DNA of 57,456 nt from NCBI GenBank assembly GCA_016927655.1, contig JAFGMG010000003.1, positions 1 through 57,456 of the forward strand. The letters are read 5' to 3'. The DNA is from Candidatus Dojkabacteria bacterium (GTDB taxonomy: Bacteria > Patescibacteriota > Dojkabacteria > B142 > JAFGMG01). A program made the translations under genes and the position numbers. Below the pieces are notes generated by a model, which saw nothing but the letters and a program-made list of their open reading frames with translations, did no database searches and had not been told where the DNA came from. Below are positions 24,343 to 32,703 of the stretch, one piece after another. Numbering within the stretch: the first letter of the stretch is position 1; each line of letters starts with the position of its first letter.

Positions 24343-25211
24343 TAAAGATTTTTAAGCAAATGGCCTAAATTCCCGGGTTCATTTCTCTCCCCTCTTTTTG
24401 GCTCTGGGGCCAAAAAAGGTGCATCTGTTTCAAATATAAATCCTGCCTCATACATTTTCTCCAAATCCCCAAGCTCGAAAAACTTTTTGTAAACATTTCT
24501 AATTATTTTGGCGTTTTTAAAGGTAATTATTCCATTTACTCCGATAAAATAACCCCTTGATAAAATTTCTTCCACCTTCTTACGAAAATTCTCTTCATCA
24601 TCATCAATATCCGGAGTCAAAGAATGAAAAACTGCCGTTTGCTCCGGGATTTTCTCTTCTTGTAGGATTTCCAGACATAAATTGATTGCATTTCTACTAT
24701 GGATTGTCAGTGGCTTTTTTGTCTGTTTACTTAGTTCACAATGCATTTTAAATAAACGCTCCTGTCTTTCAAGTGATTTCTGCGCCTGCACTTCATTCAA
24801 TTCTCCAGCTACAAGAGCCTTTGTGAACCAAAAATTATCCAGCCCGGTCTCCCCTACCATCAGAACTTTTTCATCTTCTGCCAATTCTTCCAAATCACTA
24901 TTCCAATCATCCAGCTGTTTATCAAAATCAGCATCTGAAAGATTAGAAATTTTTTCATCAAACAAATCACTTCCAGGAATGAGGTTTTCTGGATCAATGC
25001 CCACCGAAGCGTAAACCAGTTCGTATTTCTCGGTATTCTGAATAGCTTTTTTGGAAGATTCAATATTTATTCCAATGTCAATTATTACCTCGACACCGGA
25101 AGATTGTGCGCGCTTAACGACGTCATCTCGATCATTATCGAAAGTTGAATCATTTAAATGGCAATGAGAATCAAATAGCGACGCATTTTTGACAATATCA
25201 ATAAACCTCAC
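24342..25211 (-). CDS. tatD: TatD family metal-dependent hydrolase (DNase-like)
   Basis: FDSHCHLND, GETGLD, a histidine in TIHSRNA, and ETDAPFLAP near the C-terminus. Confidence 0.9.
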   Translation of the reverse strand: MRFIDIVKNASLFDSHCHLNDSTFDNDRDDVVKRAQSSGVEVIIDIGINIESSKKAIQNTEKYELVYASVGIDPENLIPGSDLFDEKISNLSDADFDKQLDDWNSDLEELAEDEKVLMVGETGLDNFWFTKALVAGELNEVQAQKSLERQERLFKMHCELSKQTKKPLTIHSRNAINLCLEILQEEKIPEQTAVFHSLTPDIDDDEENFRKKVEEILSRGYFIGVNGIITFKNAKIIRNVYKKFFELGDLEKMYEAGFIFETDAPFLAPEPKRGERNEPGNLGHLLKNL

Positions 25212-25253
25212 AGAATCAATTTAATCCCAGGCATCATAACTACTTCTATGCAA

Positions 25254-27413
25254 TTAGTCAAAGAGTTGCGGGGCCACGTCTATCAATGTTTCTCCAAGAT
25301 TATCCTCTCCAACGGATAATTTATAAATTCCGTTATGATCTGTTCCTATGCCGATTTCATCTTCTGCCAGAATCATACCAGCGGATTCAATTCCCCTTAT
25401 ATTTTTCTTTTCCAGGCGAACTTTCTTTCTTTCATTTAGTAATAATCCAGGAATTAGCTCCCCTTCGCCAAGAAATGGCACGATGTCGCCAACCTCGATA
25501 TTCTCGGCGCCAGTTACGATTGTTTGCTCTTTTTTTCCGTCAGTAACAGCCACAAGAAGCAATCGATCAGCATCAGGATGCTTTTCAATTTTTGTGATTT
25601 TGACAATTTTAATTGGCTTTAGAAGTGCTTCTCTATCGATCTCTTCTCCCTCTTCTTCTAGAATTGGAATATCACTTTCCTCAAATTTTCTAAATAACGG
25701 TCTCACCTCGCCAAGTCTTGGATAGCCGGTAATTGACTCAAATCTAAAAAGATCTTTTCCAACTGCTGGTTCTTCAACATCAACACCCAGCATTTCGGAT
25801 AGTCTTTTAAATGCCTCTGGGAAGAACGGCCTAATGAGAATTCTTAGAGCTTCGACGATATTGAGTAAATTGTACATTTCATTCTCAGCTTTAACCTTAT
25901 CTTCTTTAATCAACTCCCAAATCTTAGAATCGTTGAAATAACTATTCCCCTGGCTGGACAAATTATTCATTAACGTTTCTAGAGCTAATGAAAATTTACA
26001 TTCATCTAAATACTTACCGATTAAATCTATCTTGTTTTTAAATTCAATTTCCAATTCACCTTTCAATTCGCGATTCTCAAAGTTTTTCTTATAAAAAACT
26101 AACGTCCTGTTTATAAAATTTCCCAGATTCGCTACCAGTTCGTTATTATTTGCATCCACGAATCTCTGCCAGGTGAAATTTGATTCTTTATTCTCGGGCA
26201 GATTACTTAAAATATAGTACCTGACAGCATCAGTGCCAAATTTGTCAGCAATTTCTTTAGAATCAACAATATTTCCCCTGCTCTTAGAAAACTTTGCATT
26301 GTTAAAGTTCATAAATTTATTTACAGCCACATTTCGCGGCAGTGTATAGCCTTTCTCAGCCCCTATTAATTGCCCCGGCCACATCAAAGCGTGGAAAACA
26401 AGATTGTCCTGCCCCATGAAATAATAGTGTTCAGACTCCTCATCGAGCCACCATTCTTTCCAGTCCTTTGACTGCCCGGCATATTCGCGGAAAATATAAT
26501 CACCGTTCACATCCTTTTTCATCTCATTCAAAGAACCTTTCGCGTATTCACTCCACTCTTGCGGAGCAGATAAATAACCAGTAACCGCCTCAAACCAGAC
26601 GTAAATTTTCTTTTTGTCAATATTTTCGATTAATTTATCCTGTGGAATTCTATCTTTTGGCAATTCAATCCCCCAATCGATATCACGAGTGATCGCTCTT
26701 TTCTGCATTCCTTCATTGAGCCAGCCAGCAGCTTCTTTGTAAACCCAGTTTCTCCAAACCTCAGACTTCTTCACTCCATCTAGCTTTCCCTCCAGATAAT
26801 CCTCCAATTTCCCTTGAAGTGCTCCAAAATCCAGGAAATAGTGCTCAGTATCTTTCAGTTCGACTTTTTCGCCGGTTTTTCTGCTCACCGGATCAATCAG
26901 CTCCCCATCGTTTAGCCATCTTCCGCAATTCTCACACTGATCAGCCCTTTGCTCTGTTGCTTTGCAATGCGGACAGGTCCCTTCTACGTACCTATCCGGC
27001 AGAAATTCATCATCTTCGGCACTATAATATTGCTTTGTCACATCTTTAATGATGAAGTCATTATTTAGCAGATCAATAAACAAATCTTGAACAACTTTTT
27101 TGTGATTTTCCGTTGTCGTTTTTGTATATAAACTGTAATCCAGATCGTACTGTTCAAAAAGTTCAATGTCTTTTTTGTGATATTTCTCAATAACTTCCTG
27201 CGGAGTTATCCCTTCTTTGTCAGCCTGCACAGTAATAGGTGTGCCGTGACAATCAGAACCCGAGACCATCAGGACATCATTTCCCCGCAGTCTCTGATAT
27301 CTGGAGAATACATCCGCTGGCAACAAGTATCCTGCCAAATGCCCAACGTGAATATTTCCATTTACATAAGGCCATGCGACTGCGATAAGAATTTTCTTTG
27401 ACAAGAGAATCAA
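25254..27413 (-). CDS. metG: Methionyl-tRNA synthetase with a C-terminal tRNA-binding (Trbp111/EMAP-like) domain
   Basis: AWPYVNGNIHVGHLAGY (HIGH); zinc knuckle CPHCKATEQRADQCENCG; KFSKSRGN (KMSKS). The C-terminus has KIEKHPDADRLLLVAV...IRGIESAGMIL. The start appears to be TTG at 27413, as there is no in-frame ATG before HIGH. Confidence 0.93.
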   Translation of the reverse strand: MILLSKKILIAVAWPYVNGNIHVGHLAGYLLPADVFSRYQRLRGNDVLMVSGSDCHGTPITVQADKEGITPQEVIEKYHKKDIELFEQYDLDYSLYTKTTTENHKKVVQDLFIDLLNNDFIIKDVTKQYYSAEDDEFLPDRYVEGTCPHCKATEQRADQCENCGRWLNDGELIDPVSRKTGEKVELKDTEHYFLDFGALQGKLEDYLEGKLDGVKKSEVWRNWVYKEAAGWLNEGMQKRAITRDIDWGIELPKDRIPQDKLIENIDKKKIYVWFEAVTGYLSAPQEWSEYAKGSLNEMKKDVNGDYIFREYAGQSKDWKEWWLDEESEHYYFMGQDNLVFHALMWPGQLIGAEKGYTLPRNVAVNKFMNFNNAKFSKSRGNIVDSKEIADKFGTDAVRYYILSNLPENKESNFTWQRFVDANNNELVANLGNFINRTLVFYKKNFENRELKGELEIEFKNKIDLIGKYLDECKFSLALETLMNNLSSQGNSYFNDSKIWELIKEDKVKAENEMYNLLNIVEALRILIRPFFPEAFKRLSEMLGVDVEEPAVGKDLFRFESITGYPRLGEVRPLFRKFEESDIPILEEEGEEIDREALLKPIKIVKITKIEKHPDADRLLLVAVTDGKKEQTIVTGAENIEVGDIVPFLGEGELIPGLLLNERKKVRLEKKNIRGIESAGMILAEDEIGIGTDHNGIYKLSVGEDNLGETLIDVAPQLFD

Positions 27414-27432
27414 CTAATAGCTATAGACCTGA

Positions 27433-27978
27433 TTATACAGTAACCCCGGACTCTTTCGTAGAGTCTGTTTTTTCAAAAGCAACTTTCTGAACTTCTTCTG
27501 TTTTCTGCTTTCGTGTCCCAAAACTCAAAAAACCTTCAATTATTACAAATAGTAAAATGATCGTACCTGCAATTGCAAGATCAAATCCAAGAAAAACCCT
27601 TAATAAAATCAGACTATCAATCAAGGCTACCACCAGCCCGGATCTTCTGTAAGCTACAAGATAGCGCGGACTCTCATAGAATTTTCTAAAAAACATTTTG
27701 TCCACCATTATTTGAAATGTACTCAATCCCGAGAATATCGCCGCACTAAAGAACGCGCCGACCAGCATCAAATTCGGATAATTAATATAATCAGAAAGAA
27801 TACCCAGCTCAATACTTTCATTAATGTACGCAATAGTTCCAGTTTGTGTATCAATCTCCTCAGAAGCAAGGCCCTCACTTAATTTCTCGAAATCAAGCGG
27901 GGGCTGATTGTCCAGCAGAAAAAAAAAGACAAATCCGAAGAAAACTGTAAGCAGTGCAAAAATTGCGGCAGTTCGCAT
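27433..27978 (-). CDS. Hypothetical integral membrane protein (4 predicted TM segments, no cysteines)
   Basis: Hydrophobic segments are visible in the translation. It starts 6 nt after the DsbA-like gene stop. Confidence 0.6.
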   Translation of the reverse strand: MRTAAIFALLTVFFGFVFFFLLDNQPPLDFEKLSEGLASEEIDTQTGTIAYINESIELGILSDYINYPNLMLVGAFFSAAIFSGLSTFQIMVDKMFFRKFYESPRYLVAYRRSGLVVALIDSLILLRVFLGFDLAIAGTIILLFVIIEGFLSFGTRKQKTEEVQKVAFEKTDSTKESGVTV

Positions 27979-27984
27979 AAGTTT

Positions 27985-28983
27985 TTATTCGATTCCAAAT
28001 AGTAAATTGTGAAATTGCAGAAATTTCCCTTGATCAAATGCGCATTTAGCAGCATTTGCCGCCCTGAATCCCTGCGCTGGCGTTTCCTCCAAAGGAAGCG
28101 ATTTATACACGAAATACAATTCTCCAGTATCAATATAGTTTTGTTTAAGCTGCGGAAGTGTATCTTGAGCAAATGATTGACAGTAGTTGCAATTATCGTA
28201 GTCACTGTATTCAAGCATCACAATAGGCGCTGCAGAATCTCCCAGGTTTATCGAACCATCTATACTATAATCTTTGATCGCATATGACTCGAAGCGAGAC
28301 TCGGCAGCCAGCGCAGATAATTCCGAAATTTCATTTTCTGTAAGATTTTCCCCTGCAAATTGAGTCCGGTATGCATCCTCATATCTTTTAGTCAATTCCT
28401 CAACAGTGCCTAGATTTTCTGTGATAAATTGCTCATGAACGGTATCAACCCCGCTTGTCTTAATTTTCTCAATGACGTCTTGATAATATTCATACCCCTG
28501 CGCCCCGCCAGCATAGAATCCCCTCAATTTCCCGTCACTCATCTCACCAATCACGACTTGCGGAGTTCCTTCGATTCCGTATTCTTTCAAAGCCTCAACA
28601 TCAGCTGTGATCTCATCATAATGTGTCTGATCGTTTAAACACTGCTCAAACTTCGAAAATTTGAGGCCCGTATCTTTGGCGTGCTGCTTGAGACAATCCC
28701 TGCTAAGCGGCTCAAAAGCGCTGCATTGATAATTTTCGGCCCCATTTGTAAGCCCTCCAGTATAAAGCAGGCCAAAAAGCAATCCACAGCTGATAAAAAT
28801 TCCGGCTAAAACTATTGCGACAGGAAGATAGAGCTTTTCAAGATCGGCAACTTTGACTTCCACCTTTGTTGTTTTTATAGGCTTTCTGGATTTCATTGAG
28901 TTTACGGGCTTTTTTACCATCTTTTTCCTTGTTTTTCGTATTTTCCTTGTTTTTCCTGTTTTGGCTATTTTTTTCTCCGCCAT
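27985..28983 (-). CDS. Membrane-anchored DsbA-like thiol:disulfide oxidoreductase with permuted segment order
   Basis: Basic N-terminus and a TM helix. Next comes a DsbA C-terminal-type segment (GLKFSKFEQCLND...EYGIEGTPQVVIG). After that comes the DsbA N-terminal-type segment with the active site (APIVMLEYSDYDNCNYCQSF...AANAAKCAFDQGKFLQFHNLLF). Confidence 0.7.
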   Translation of the reverse strand: MAEKKIAKTGKTRKIRKTRKKMVKKPVNSMKSRKPIKTTKVEVKVADLEKLYLPVAIVLAGIFISCGLLFGLLYTGGLTNGAENYQCSAFEPLSRDCLKQHAKDTGLKFSKFEQCLNDQTHYDEITADVEALKEYGIEGTPQVVIGEMSDGKLRGFYAGGAQGYEYYQDVIEKIKTSGVDTVHEQFITENLGTVEELTKRYEDAYRTQFAGENLTENEISELSALAAESRFESYAIKDYSIDGSINLGDSAAPIVMLEYSDYDNCNYCQSFAQDTLPQLKQNYIDTGELYFVYKSLPLEETPAQGFRAANAAKCAFDQGKFLQFHNLLFGIE

Positions 28984-29012
28984 TTAATTTTTCTAAAGAA
29001 TTAAATATAGGC

Positions 29013-29933
29013 CTACAACTGTTTATAGTACTTTTTCATAAGCATTGCGTCATGTTCGAGATTTGGACTCTCGCAAACAACGATGCCGCCAACTCGTTTT
29101 TCCTTTAATACTTCAAGCAATTCTTTCCACTTGATATCAGCAGGGCCAATTTTTTTGTGTTTGCGGATATCCTCATATGAATGCTCAATTTCTGGTAACT
29201 GCATTCCTTCTTTTATATAATTTTCATACTCTCCGAGTAAAGTCAGATGATTTCTCTCGCCCTTGTCAGAATAATTTATTCCTGAGATGTGAATATGCAT
29301 ATCTTTTAAAAAATCTGCCCCAAGTTCGGTTTTGATCAAGTCCAGCATTTCTCTAAATTCTTTTTTTGAATTGAATCCGCCTCCATCACGTGCGTGTTTA
29401 TGGGCAAAATCGAAACAAAAACCCAATTTTTCACTTTTTAAATCTTTAACAAGCCGGATAAGCTCTTCTAAATCGCCCCATTGACTAGCTTTCCCAGTGA
29501 GTTCCGGCGATATTTTTATACTCAAATCAGCTTTTTCAACTGCTGTTAGTACCTTCCTAACGGCTTTTTTAATTAAATTGTACACTACTTTGTCTTCAAG
29601 ATTTTGCCTGAAACCAGAATGATATGTCAGCGATTTCGCTCCAGCCAAATCGCCAATTTTTGCAGCTTGGAGAATTCTTGAAATACTTGCATGCCATTTT
29701 TTTTCATCAGTACTGGCAAGGTTTATATAGTATGAACCATGTACGGTAAGAGCGACGTTCTCAGCTTCAGCAATTTTTCTGAGGTTTTTTGCTTTTTCTT
29801 TATCAAGAAAAACATTATGTACAAATTCCAGCTCCATAGAATCAAGCCCAAGTTCGTGTATTCGTCTAACGCCTTCTTCCGCGTTCCTGGTTTTTGTTGT
29901 AAGCGGGATTCCTCCCGTGCCGAATCGCAGCAT
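29013..29933 (-). CDS. Xylose isomerase-like TIM-barrel protein, endonuclease IV (AP endonuclease family 2)-like
   Basis: ELEF; VHGSYYINLAS; TYHSGF; ISPELTGK; FCFDFAHKHA; MHIHISG...ERNHLTL. This pattern of metal-binding His/Glu/Asp strands matches the Nfo-like family. Confidence 0.7.
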   Translation of the reverse strand: MLRFGTGGIPLTTKTRNAEEGVRRIHELGLDSMELEFVHNVFLDKEKAKNLRKIAEAENVALTVHGSYYINLASTDEKKWHASISRILQAAKIGDLAGAKSLTYHSGFRQNLEDKVVYNLIKKAVRKVLTAVEKADLSIKISPELTGKASQWGDLEELIRLVKDLKSEKLGFCFDFAHKHARDGGGFNSKKEFREMLDLIKTELGADFLKDMHIHISGINYSDKGERNHLTLLGEYENYIKEGMQLPEIEHSYEDIRKHKKIGPADIKWKELLEVLKEKRVGGIVVCESPNLEHDAMLMKKYYKQL

Positions 29934-29955
29934 AATCTTGTCTGATTCTCAAATA

Positions 29956-31146
29956 TTAATTATTCAAGTAATATTGCTGGCAGCCAGTAACACTTTCACA
30001 TTCAATATCATCAATTTTCCCAAGCTCATCTTTGTCAATATTATACAGCCAGAGGGAATTTCTGCCACTCTGCACAACCGAAAGCAAAATAAAATCTCCG
30101 CTGATTAATTCGATTTTTACACTTGAGCTTGCCGGCAAGTCGCTTAGACTTGTTCGCACCTCATTTTCAAGTCCATACTTTTCAAGAAACACTGGCTCGA
30201 ATTCCTCAAAAAAAGCTGCGTCTCCAGCTTCATTTTGCCTGAAGGATTCCAAATCTCCGGAAATAAAATAGATCTCATTTTTATATCGCATAACCGAACC
30301 AAAATATTTATTCAGCTCGCCCTCAAGTACGATTTTTTCTTCATCTTTTGTCTGTGAAATTATCTTTGCATTTTGCCCGGCTGCAAACCCATCCTCTGCT
30401 GGAGGCTGTGAGAAATATTGCTCGTCCAGCTTGGATGCTTGAAAGCAGTCAATTTCATTAAGTTCCAGATCCTGACACTGCCTAGTGAAAGATTCATACT
30501 GCAGCGAGTATTGCTCCAGATAAATGTTTTCTTTTGTCGAATACTGCCCAATAAGCGGGATTGTAGAAGAATTTCCACTGAGAATCACCTCCAGTTTTTC
30601 TGATTTAAGATCAAATTTAAAAATATCAAAGTCATATCCGCCGCTTTCGATATTTATCAAATAGCTTGTAAATAGGGCCTTCCCATCAAATATTTTCAGA
30701 CCTAGGGCATTTGGAATATCCTTCTGCTCAAAAAGCGTTTTCACTTCTGCATTGGATTCGTTCTTTGCAGTTTTCAAAACAAGATTGTCGTCTTCCTTAG
30801 CAAGGATATAAATCGAATCTTCAACAAGCTCAACGTTTAGTTCTGGTTCACCAACCTGGACATTATCAAAGCCGGCTATTAATTTTTGTCTGCTTGTAGA
30901 TATTTTGTACTGAATTATCTCAAGGCCATTCTCCGAACTTTTTAATAAAAGCAGATCCCCTCCAATACTTTTACCGAGTAAACTGGATAAAGTAATACTT
31001 GAGAAATCATTACTATCTTCGTCTTGATTGTTAGATAGAGACAACGGGAAGACTCCCGAATTAACCAGCCGGAGCAGCCCGAATCCGATTGCTAAAAGTA
31101 ATATAATAAAAATTGTGAAAATAAACGGTGCTTTTATGATTTTCAT
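29956..31146 (-). CDS. Hypothetical N-terminally anchored extracytoplasmic protein
   Basis: N-terminal TM/signal anchor (FIFTIFIILLLAIGFGLL) followed by a beta-rich sequence. No recognised motif. Confidence 0.6.
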   Translation of the reverse strand: MKIIKAPFIFTIFIILLLAIGFGLLRLVNSGVFPLSLSNNQDEDSNDFSSITLSSLLGKSIGGDLLLLKSSENGLEIIQYKISTSRQKLIAGFDNVQVGEPELNVELVEDSIYILAKEDDNLVLKTAKNESNAEVKTLFEQKDIPNALGLKIFDGKALFTSYLINIESGGYDFDIFKFDLKSEKLEVILSGNSSTIPLIGQYSTKENIYLEQYSLQYESFTRQCQDLELNEIDCFQASKLDEQYFSQPPAEDGFAAGQNAKIISQTKDEEKIVLEGELNKYFGSVMRYKNEIYFISGDLESFRQNEAGDAAFFEEFEPVFLEKYGLENEVRTSLSDLPASSSVKIELISGDFILLSVVQSGRNSLWLYNIDKDELGKIDDIECESVTGCQQYYLNN

Positions 31147-31191
31147 AACCTATTCTAATACATATCAAAGATTGTATAAAGCCGGCATTTT

Positions 31192-31200
31192 TGATAGAAT
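31192..31200 (+). promoter_or_regulatory. Extended -10 element (TGATAGAAT) 6 nt upstream of the rpmH ATG
   Basis: TTGTAT (31172-77), a 17-nt spacer, then TAGAAT (31195-31200) preceded by TGA. The ATG is at 31207. Confidence 0.35.
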
Positions 31201-31206
31201 TCACGC

Positions 31207-31392
31207 ATGCCTAAAAGAACATTTCAACCAAAAAAGAAAAGAAGAATCAGAAGACTTGGTTTTCTAAAAAGAATGACCAGCAATGGCGGTAGAAACATTT
31301 TGAAGAGAAAAAGAGCGAAAGGCAGAAAAAGCCTATCGGCTTCTGATGAGGTTCGAGCTGACAAGAACAAGAAATTCTCAAGAAGAAGATAA
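31207..31392 (+). CDS. rpmH: Ribosomal protein L34 with a ~15-aa C-terminal extension
   Basis: [44 protein letters not shown] matches the L34 consensus. The extra tail is [17 protein letters not shown]. Confidence 0.9.
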   Translation: MPKRTFQPKKKRRIRRLGFLKRMTSNGGRNILKRKRAKGRKSLSASDEVRADKNKKFSRRR

Positions 31393-31753
31393 TTTGCTTC
31401 CCAAAAAACACAGACTAAAAACTAAAGCCGATTTTGACCGAGTTTACAAACAAGGCAGAAAATATTATTCGAAAAACTTCCAGCTGATTGTTGCTTCAAG
31501 AAGCAAGGATACACTTCCAGAGGTTTTTAAATTGCCTAGATTTGGATTTGTAGCCAGCAAAAAGGTGGGCAAGGCAGTCAGCAGGAATAAGGCTAAAAGA
31601 ATGCTTAGAGAGGTTGTTCAGGCCGAATTTGAGGGGCTCAAAAACACTTTTGAAGCTGTTTTTGTTGCTTTCAACACTCTACCAGAGCAGGACATCGAAA
31701 CTATTAGAAATGAGGTTTTGGATGTTTTAAAAAAAGCTGAGCTTTACCACTGA
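31346..31753 (+). CDS. rnpA: Ribonuclease P protein component
   Basis: [28 protein letters not shown]...[23 protein letters not shown] (RNR-like motif). The tracked ATG at 31346 overlaps rpmH by 47 nt. TTG at 31394, just after the rpmH stop, is an alternative start. Confidence 0.85.
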   Translation: MRFELTRTRNSQEEDNLLPKKHRLKTKADFDRVYKQGRKYYSKNFQLIVASRSKDTLPEVFKLPRFGFVASKKVGKAVSRNKAKRMLREVVQAEFEGLKNTFEAVFVAFNTLPEQDIETIRNEVLDVLKKAELYH

Positions 31754-32214
31754 AAATGAGCGAAAGCTCTGTTGGCTTCGGCCATTTTCTCAACATCTTC
31801 TTTCTTTTTGTAAGCAGCACCCTCTTTTTTCGTTGAGGCAACGAGTTCTCTTGCTAGTGTGTCTGCGAAAGTATTGCTGCCTCTGCTTATTCTGGAAGCG
31901 GCAATTAACCACCTTAGAGCCAAAGTAAGCTGTCTATCTTCAGAAACAGGAACGGGAACCTGATAATTTGATCCGCCGACTCTTCTGGATTTAACTTCAA
32001 TTTTTGGTTTTATATTTGAAAGTGCTGCCTCAAGCGCTTCAACCGGCTTCATTTTTAGTTGTTTGCCGGCTTCATCGATTGCCCCATAAACAATTTCGGC
32101 TGATCTCTTTCTTTTTCCATCCTTCATCAAATAATTGACGAACTTGGTCACAACCAAACTATTGTATTTGTTATCTGGCTTTAATTCTCTTCGTTTTGCT
32201 TTTTTACCTCGCAT
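31744..32214 (-). CDS. rpsG: Ribosomal protein S7
   Basis: D.KYNS.LV.KF.N..M.DGKK..AE.IVY.A and VEVKSRRVGGSNYQVPV. The C-terminus reads ...[21 protein letters not shown]. Confidence 0.95.
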   Translation of the reverse strand: MRGKKAKRRELKPDNKYNSLVVTKFVNYLMKDGKRKRSAEIVYGAIDEAGKQLKMKPVEALEAALSNIKPKIEVKSRRVGGSNYQVPVPVSEDRQLTLALRWLIAASRISRGSNTFADTLARELVASTKKEGAAYKKKEDVEKMAEANRAFAHFQW

Positions 32215-32236
32215 TTTTTTTGTAAATCTAAACTAA

Positions 32237-32680
32237 TTATTTAGGTTTTTTCGCACCATATCTGCTTCTTGATTGCATTCTGCCTTCTACAGCCCCAGTA
32301 TCATAGACACCTCTTACAATTTGATAATTCACTCCAGGCAAGTCAGGTTTTCTACCTGCTCTTACGAGAACAACCGAATGCTCTTGCAGATTGTGTCCTT
32401 CTCCCGGGATGTACGCTGTAACTTCCTGCTTATTAGAAAGCCTTACTTTTGCAACTTTTCGAAGTGCTGAGTTCGGTTTTTTCGGTGTCCTTGTAAATAC
32501 TGCTACGCAAACTCCCCTTTTTACAGGATTTGTTTTCATATAGTATTTATTCTTGATGCTGTTGTAATTGAAATGCATTGCCTTGTATTTCATCGTCTCA
32601 GCAAAAGCCAGACCCTTGAATTTAACAATGCCTCTTTTCTTTTTTCTTCCTGATTTTACAAGTTGTGATACTCTTGCCAT
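32237..32680 (-). CDS. rpsL: Ribosomal protein S12 with an N-proximal insertion
   Basis: RGVC.....[53 protein letters not shown]. About 25 extra residues lie between the basic N-terminus and the KRGVC strand. Confidence 0.95.
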   Translation of the reverse strand: MARVSQLVKSGRKKKRGIVKFKGLAFAETMKYKAMHFNYNSIKNKYYMKTNPVKRGVCVAVFTRTPKKPNSALRKVAKVRLSNKQEVTAYIPGEGHNLQEHSVVLVRAGRKPDLPGVNYQIVRGVYDTGAVEGRMQSRSRYGAKKPK

Positions 32681-32703
32681 AATTTTTCAAAAATTGATAA
32701 ATT

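Noticed and set aside
27433-27978. The membrane protein downstream of the DsbA-like gene as a DsbB/VKOR-type reoxidase.
   Set aside because: The translation contains no cysteine at all, so it cannot be a thiol-disulfide relay partner.
27879-28214. A 111-aa minus-strand ORF spanning the DsbA-like/membrane-protein junction.
   Set aside because: It is out of frame with, and overlaps, two better-supported genes. It has no motif and an odd composition.
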